Part shown: positions 58,228 through 64,000 of the stretch, in pieces
How positions within the stretch are numbered: the first letter of the stretch is position 1
Layout: every line of letters begins with the position of its first letter
Source of the DNA: Chrysemys picta bellii
Lineage: Eukaryota
Length of the DNA stretch: 64,000 nt
Assembly: GCF_011386835.1 (NCBI RefSeq)
Contig: NC_088802.1
Location: forward strand, 18,476,001 to 18,540,000
Direction of reading: 5' to 3'
Notes under the pieces: generated by a model
The model's input: the letters and a program-made list of their open reading frames with translations, nothing else
Told to the model about the DNA's origin: nothing
The model's database searches: none
Made by a program: the position numbers and the translations under genes

Positions 58228-61200
58228 CCCATCTTTATGTCTGAGTTAAAAACCCACTGAACTCAATGGGGGAATCTGTATTTCTCAGAGCAATTGGAGG
58301 TGGGGGGAGGTAGGGAAGGGAGAAGAGAAGACCAAAGAAGAGGGAACCTGAAGAGAAGGGAGAAAACGAATCATTTCCAAGTTTGAAGTTTTAGTTTTTT
58401 TTAAGGAAATGGGTTTGACCTTTTCAGGATTCACAAAATTGATTGTGTTAAAGTGTCTCAATAGCTCAAAAAGGCTCATTTGGCGGGGAGGGGAGTTATG
58501 GATTTGTTTGCTGTTTTTCTGTTGGGTGAAAGAATTAACAATACCATCATTAGGTTTCAGAGTACCCCATTGATATCGGTGGTACAGGCCACATTTCTCC
58601 GAGCAATGGGATTATGGTTGGGGACTCCATGGAGAGGGGAGAGGAGATGGTGGGACTGGAGTGGCAACCTGAAGATGGTGGAGAAAATTATTAATCTCCC
58701 TAGCTGAAGAGTATTTCACAGGATTCTATATAGAGAGACAAGGCAGGGGAGGGGATATCTTTCATTGGACCAACTTCTGTTGGTGAAAGAGACAAGCGTT
58801 GGAACTTGCATAGAGCTCTTCGGGTCATTTTATTTCAGGATTTCATTTATTTATTAAGGAAATGGATTTGACATTTTTATGATTCACCCCGACCCCAGGA
58901 ATGCTTCTGTGTGTGTATGTGTGTGTGTGTGATGTACAGGAGCTCTCAAATCCCTTTTATAAATTGTGAATGCTTTTTTTGCCGGCGTGTTTGTAACCAC
59001 TGAGATGAGTTAGAATGAATGGGAACTACACCAACCCCTTGCTCCTTTTCAGTGATATGCTGCATATAAATGTGCAAGCCTGGATGGGTCAGATGCTCAT
59101 ATGCTACCAAGATAGAGGCACATAATAAACTAGAGACCTTAGCATATCCTCCCCAAGACTGAAACATTTATTCTTTGAATAGAGAATGCACGTTCTGAGA
59201 ATTTACAAACAAATCGGTTAGTTGGCTTATACGTTAAAAATGGAGCCTTTCAGAACTTTATCACCCTGTGTCAGACCATTTTTTGGATCATAATGAGCTT
59301 AGAGAAGACTGCAGACTCCTTAAACTTCCCATATTTCACTGATATCTAATCCACAGGCTACACTTGAAGTTTTTTTGTCCTTTTTTTAAAAGGAAGAATA
59401 GTAATTTTTTGCCATTATTAATAGATTTTAGGCCCAGAAGGGATGATTATGATAATCTAGTCTGACCCGCATAACATAGACCAGTACAATTTACCTAGTG
59501 ATTTCTGCATCAAGCCCATACCTTGTGGCTGAGCTAATGAATAGGTCCATCAATCGCTATTAGCCAAGATGGTCACGGATGCAACCCCATGCTCTGGGTT
59601 TCCCTAAGCCTCTGACTGCCAGATGTTGGGACTGGATGATAGGGGATGAATCTCTCAATAACGCTTCTGTTCTGTTCATTCCCTCTGAGGCATCTGGCAT
59701 TGGCCACTGTCAGAAGACAGGATACTGGGCTAGATGGACCATTGGTCTGATCCAGTGTGGCTGTTCTTCTGAGCATACATTTTAGAAAGCCAGTCCATCC
59801 TGATTTAAAGGCCTCAAAGCATGGAGAATCTGCCATATTCCCAGGAGGGTTGTTCCAAAGTCAACCAGGAGGCAGTGTGGAGGGAGCCTTCAGGATTGGG
59901 GCTTAAATGTAACTCAGATACTCACTAGTGGGCTCTGCTGGGAAAGGCTGAGAGATGGAACCCAGGGTGATCAAAGTGAGCAGAGAGTTCTATGGATCTC
60001 TCCATCTCCCTTGTGGAAGCTGCTGTCATGCAGATTCCAAACTGAAATATTCATTGGACCAGAGACAGAGAGACACTAGCTAAGGCGCTCCCTTGAGGAG
60101 GTGGGGAAACCCCTGCAAAAATCCCTTCTCCTCATCGGGTGGAGTGGGGGGAAGGGGGAATTGAACAAGGATCTCCCACGTCCCCGGCGCTGAGTGTCCG
60201 TCTCCACCTGGTTTGAGGATTGCACTGGGGCTTTGGCAGTAGATGGGCATCCAGATGACTAGAGGGAAGCAGCACACGCCCATGAGCAGAAACGTAGGTG
60301 CCTAGGGGACTTTCACACTGAAAACTCAAGGACCAAGTTGAGCTGAGATGCCAGCTGAGTGGGGTGGGGGGAAGGGAGGGGTTCTGTGGATCATAGTAGC
60401 ACTGAAATCTGGGGTTTATAATCCTCCATGTCTTTGTGGAGCTGGGCCTAAGTGACGTCCTAGATTCCAAGGCCGGAAGGGACCGTTGGAATCATCTCGT
60501 CTGCCCTGCTGTATCACACAGGCCAGAGGACTCCCCCGAAATAATTCCTAGTGCCGATCTTGATTTTTAAAATGGTCAGTGACGGAGAATCCACCCTGAC
60601 CCCGGGAAGCTGTTTCTGTGGTTAATTACTCTTGTTGAAAGGTCGGAGACAAGAAGGTTGCGGCAGAGCATGGAGCTGAATCTAGATCCTAGGCTAGTGG
60701 ATCATCCTCCCTCTCATGGGTGGTGGGTATCATACACCAGGGCAGGCTAAGCCTCCCCTGACAGAGGCTGTGGCCCTGCCCCTGTTGTGCTCTGAAGCCC
60801 CGCCCTGGTTCTCTACCTGGCGGGGGCTCAGCTCTAGCCGGTGGCCCTGAGCTCAGGCCTGTCGGCGGACAGGGGTGGCGCTGGGCCCAGCGGGGGAGGA
60901 GGGGTCAGGCCAGCAACTCGGCCCAGCGCTGGCGGGGGCTAGCGGCTCAGCCTGGTGCTGGGGCAGGCCCTGCGCTCAGGGGGGCCAGCTGGGGCAGGAA
61001 GGCCAGGGCTCCTCTGGCCATGGGGGGGTACTCAGGGCTCCAGAGGGCAGGGGGCCTCAGGTGGAAGGGGGCAAGCTAGCCTCCCCAAAGTGGGGGTTCA
61101 CCCACCCCCATGCATCCCTGTGCATTCCTCACCAAACTCCCCCAAGGTCTGTAACTCTGAAAGTCTTGCCTATGCAATCGGAAATACCCCTTGCTGTCAA

Positions 61201-61425
61201 AGGGGGGCGGTTAAGGTGCAGCTAAGCCAGTGCTCAAAGCAGTTCAGCCCTAAGTGTGGGCAAATTCACTGCACCCGTCGCTCATGACTATAACAACAGG
61301 TGAGGTCTGTCACCCAGAAGAGGTGACTTCAGGAAGCGAAAGGCTGGGTTGCTGCTTCCTGCTATGTGCGTTTCAGACCAGAGGGGAAACTGAAAATAAC
61401 CCAGTCAGGCTCCCTGCAGCTAGCC

Positions 61426-61842
61426 ATGGCCACAGAGAGCCCTGTAGGAAAGCTTGAAGATGAAGTCACTTGTTCCATCTGTTTGGAGTATTTCAAAGCC
61501 CCGGTGTCTATCCACTGTGGGCACAACTTCTGCCAAGCCTGCATCGACCAGTGCTGGGGGGAGTCGGAGACAAACTTCTCCTGCCCCCAGTGCAGAGAAA
61601 CCGCCCAGCAGAGAAACTGCAAGCCCAACAGGGAGCTGGGGCGTATTGCAGAAATAGCCAAGCAGCTGAGCTTGCGGGTGGCAGCCGGAGAGGAGGGGAG
61701 AGTGTGTGACCTGTATGAGGAGGATTTGAAATTCTTCTGTGAAGAGGATCGAAAACTAATAGGTTTGATCTACAGGGACCGTGAAGCTCACAAGTCTCAG
61801 CCTGTGGGTCCCACACCGGAGGCTGCTGCTAGGAATTACAAG
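61426..61842 (+). CDS. TRIM gene E first coding exon: intact RING, degenerate B-box2 (rest of gene outside the window)
   Basis: MATESPVGKLEDEVTCSICLEYFKAPVSIHCGHNFCQAC...CPQC; 417-nt open exon with CAG acceptor and AAG|GTAGGA donor; B-box region reads CDLYEEDLKFFCEEDRKLIGLIYRDREAHKSQ. Confidence 0.85.
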
Positions 61843-64000
61843 GTAGGAAATCGTGGTTAGTATCATAAAGTTAAAACTGTCCTTTTAAAAAGGGGTTGAT
61901 TTCATTTCTCATGTTCTTCCATGCTCGTCATTTTCATCTGATCTCATCTGCTCCGCCCGGTGACCCCATCTCCCGGCTCTCATCTAAGACCTCTTCCTAG
62001 CCAGTGCTCAGAGCCAGGACTCTGGCCTCTTCCTCCACCTGTCGTCCACTTTCAACGTTGTGGACTAAGCTCCTCTGGAAATCTTGCCCTCCCTTCGCTT
62101 TTGTGACTGTCCTCTCCTGCTTCTCCTTCTCTCTCTGTAATCGCACCTTCACATAGGTGCCGACTCCGTGGGTGCTCTGGGGCCACAGAGAAAAAAAAAT
62201 GGGGGAGGCTCAGCACCCACCGGCAGCCCCCCTGATCAGCTCCCCCTCCCCCCAGTGTCTCCCACCTGCCGGCGGGCCCCACTGATCAGCGCCTCCCCCT
62301 CCCTCCCAGCACCTCCTGCTTGCCACGGATCCGCTGTTCCACGGTGGGCAGTAGGCGCTGACGGGGAGGAGTGAGGGCGGTGCGTGCTCGGGGGAGGGGG
62401 TGGAAAAAGACAGAAAGTGATGGGGCAGGGGTGGAGCGGGGGCAGAGTGGGGGCAGGACAAGGTGGGGGTGGGGCAGGACAAGGAAGGGCGGGGGTGGGA
62501 CCTTGGGGAAAGAGGTGGAGTGGGGGGTGGGGTCTGAGGCAGAGCAGGGTCAAGCACCCCCTGGCACAATAGAAAGTCGGCATCTTTGCTCCTTCAGCAT
62601 ATCCTTTGGAGCATTGTCTTCATCCCCAGTCCAACTTTATGCGCCGGCCTTCTGGCCTCCTTCTCTTCTCCTTCTTACACCTTGTCTCTGAGCAATCACA
62701 TTCACAAACACAAATCCCTCTCTCCTCTCTATACAGATGACTCACAGACAGGAGCAGGAAAAGGTCCCTAAAAATGCGGGGGGGGGGCCACAGGTGTCCG
62801 AAGCATTACCCCTCCCCTCGTGCTGCCCTTCCCCCAAGGCCCCACTCCCATGCTGCCTCTTCCCACCCAAGACCCCGCCCCTCGCTCGCTCCTCTCCTTC
62901 CCCTCCCCCCGAAACTCACCCATACAGTCGGTAAAAAGTGGGGGGGGGGGCATGCCCCCTAGCCCCCGTTGTTCCGGCACCCCGCTCACAGAGCTACCCA
63001 TCTGCTCTGGACCTTCTGTTCATCTCTGCCTCCCTCTGACATCTCCTTGTGGATGATCAGCCAATGTGGCCAAGACAGAGTTCTGAATCTTTCCTCCTAA
63101 GCTCTTCCCTCTCCCTCCTTTCTCAGTCATCTGAACCGTCACCTCCATTTCCACTGTCAAACACACCTGTGACCTGTGTAATCCTTTGACTCCACCTCCT
63201 TTCTAGGGCCAAGGCTGTGTTTAAATCTTGCTGCTGTTCCTTTACCTCTCTAGGATCTGGCCTTTCCTCTGTCATCCAGGGCCAGGGCCTCGTCATGTCA
63301 CGTCTCAGTTACAGCAAGATCCTCCTTTCTGGCTTTGGCAAATGCACTCTTACCCCACGTCATCTCTATCCAGAATGCTGCTCCTCGGGTCATTTTCCTG
63401 GCTCGTCACTTGGACCATGTCACCCCTCTGTTTTTGTGTCTTCACTGGCTTCCCTTCTCCATCACATCGACACAATCTCCTCGTCTTTGCTTTTAAGACC
63501 CTTCACACTTATCCTCACCCTACCTGCCAACTCTCATCGGGGCGCAAGAACCGGGGGGGGGGCACTTTTTACTGGCCGTAAGGACGAGGGACTGGGGGAC
63601 GGGACGGAGAGGAGCGAGCGGGCGGGGGATCTTGGGGGGAAGCAGTGGAGCGGGGCTTTGGGGGAAGGGACGGTGCGGGGGCAGGGCCTCATGGGAAGTG
63701 GTGATGTGGGGGGCAGGGCTGTGAGGCCTCGGGGAGGAGCAGTGCGGAGGCAGGGCCTCAGGGGAAAGGGGCAGTATGGGAACTGGGCTTGGGGGGAGGG
63801 GAGGTGTGGGGTAGGGCCTCAAGGATGGGGCGGGGCAGGGGCAGGGCCTTGGGGAAGGGCGGGGCAGGGGTAGGGCTTCCGGGGGAAAGGGTGGCACAGT
63901 GCAGGGGGGGTGGAACCCTGGCCTAATCCCCAGCCTCGGCCCCCTTTCCTGGCCCCAGACCCATCCCCAGCTGCGGCCCCAGCCTTAGAAAAGTTTTGGG

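Noticed and set aside
61843-64000. Search for exon 2 of gene E
   Set aside because: No 96-nt homolog found in the window; first introns of the paralogs reach 3.1 kb, so its absence is uninformative.

Overview
Vertebrate genomic DNA, most likely turtle (inferred from the repeat repertoire). The core is a tandem cluster of RING/B-box2/coiled-coil/B30.2 TRIM genes (TRIM7/27/39-like class). Three models appear intact: A (minus, 4986-12079), C (plus, 27525-39573) and D (plus, 43235-56433). B (minus, 24062-25240) is a 5'-only pseudogene, and the first coding exon of E (plus, 61426-61842) has an intact RING but a degenerate B-box. Between A and B lies a decayed PIF/Harbinger transposon whose transposase is a frameshifted remnant but whose two-exon Myb/SANT gene is still complete (328 aa); its intron carries an antisense exon-like ORF. 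The left edge holds a ZNF143-motif promoter array and a decayed tRNA-Leu-like sequence. The rest is dense with CR1, hAT, Tigger-like and Harbinger MITEs, solo LTRs, an RTE (Rex3/Expander-like) fragment, Penelope-like hairpins and an interstitial (CCCTAA)9 tract. Gene models were assembled by eye from splice signals and paralog comparison; repeat family names come from pattern recognition, not database searches.
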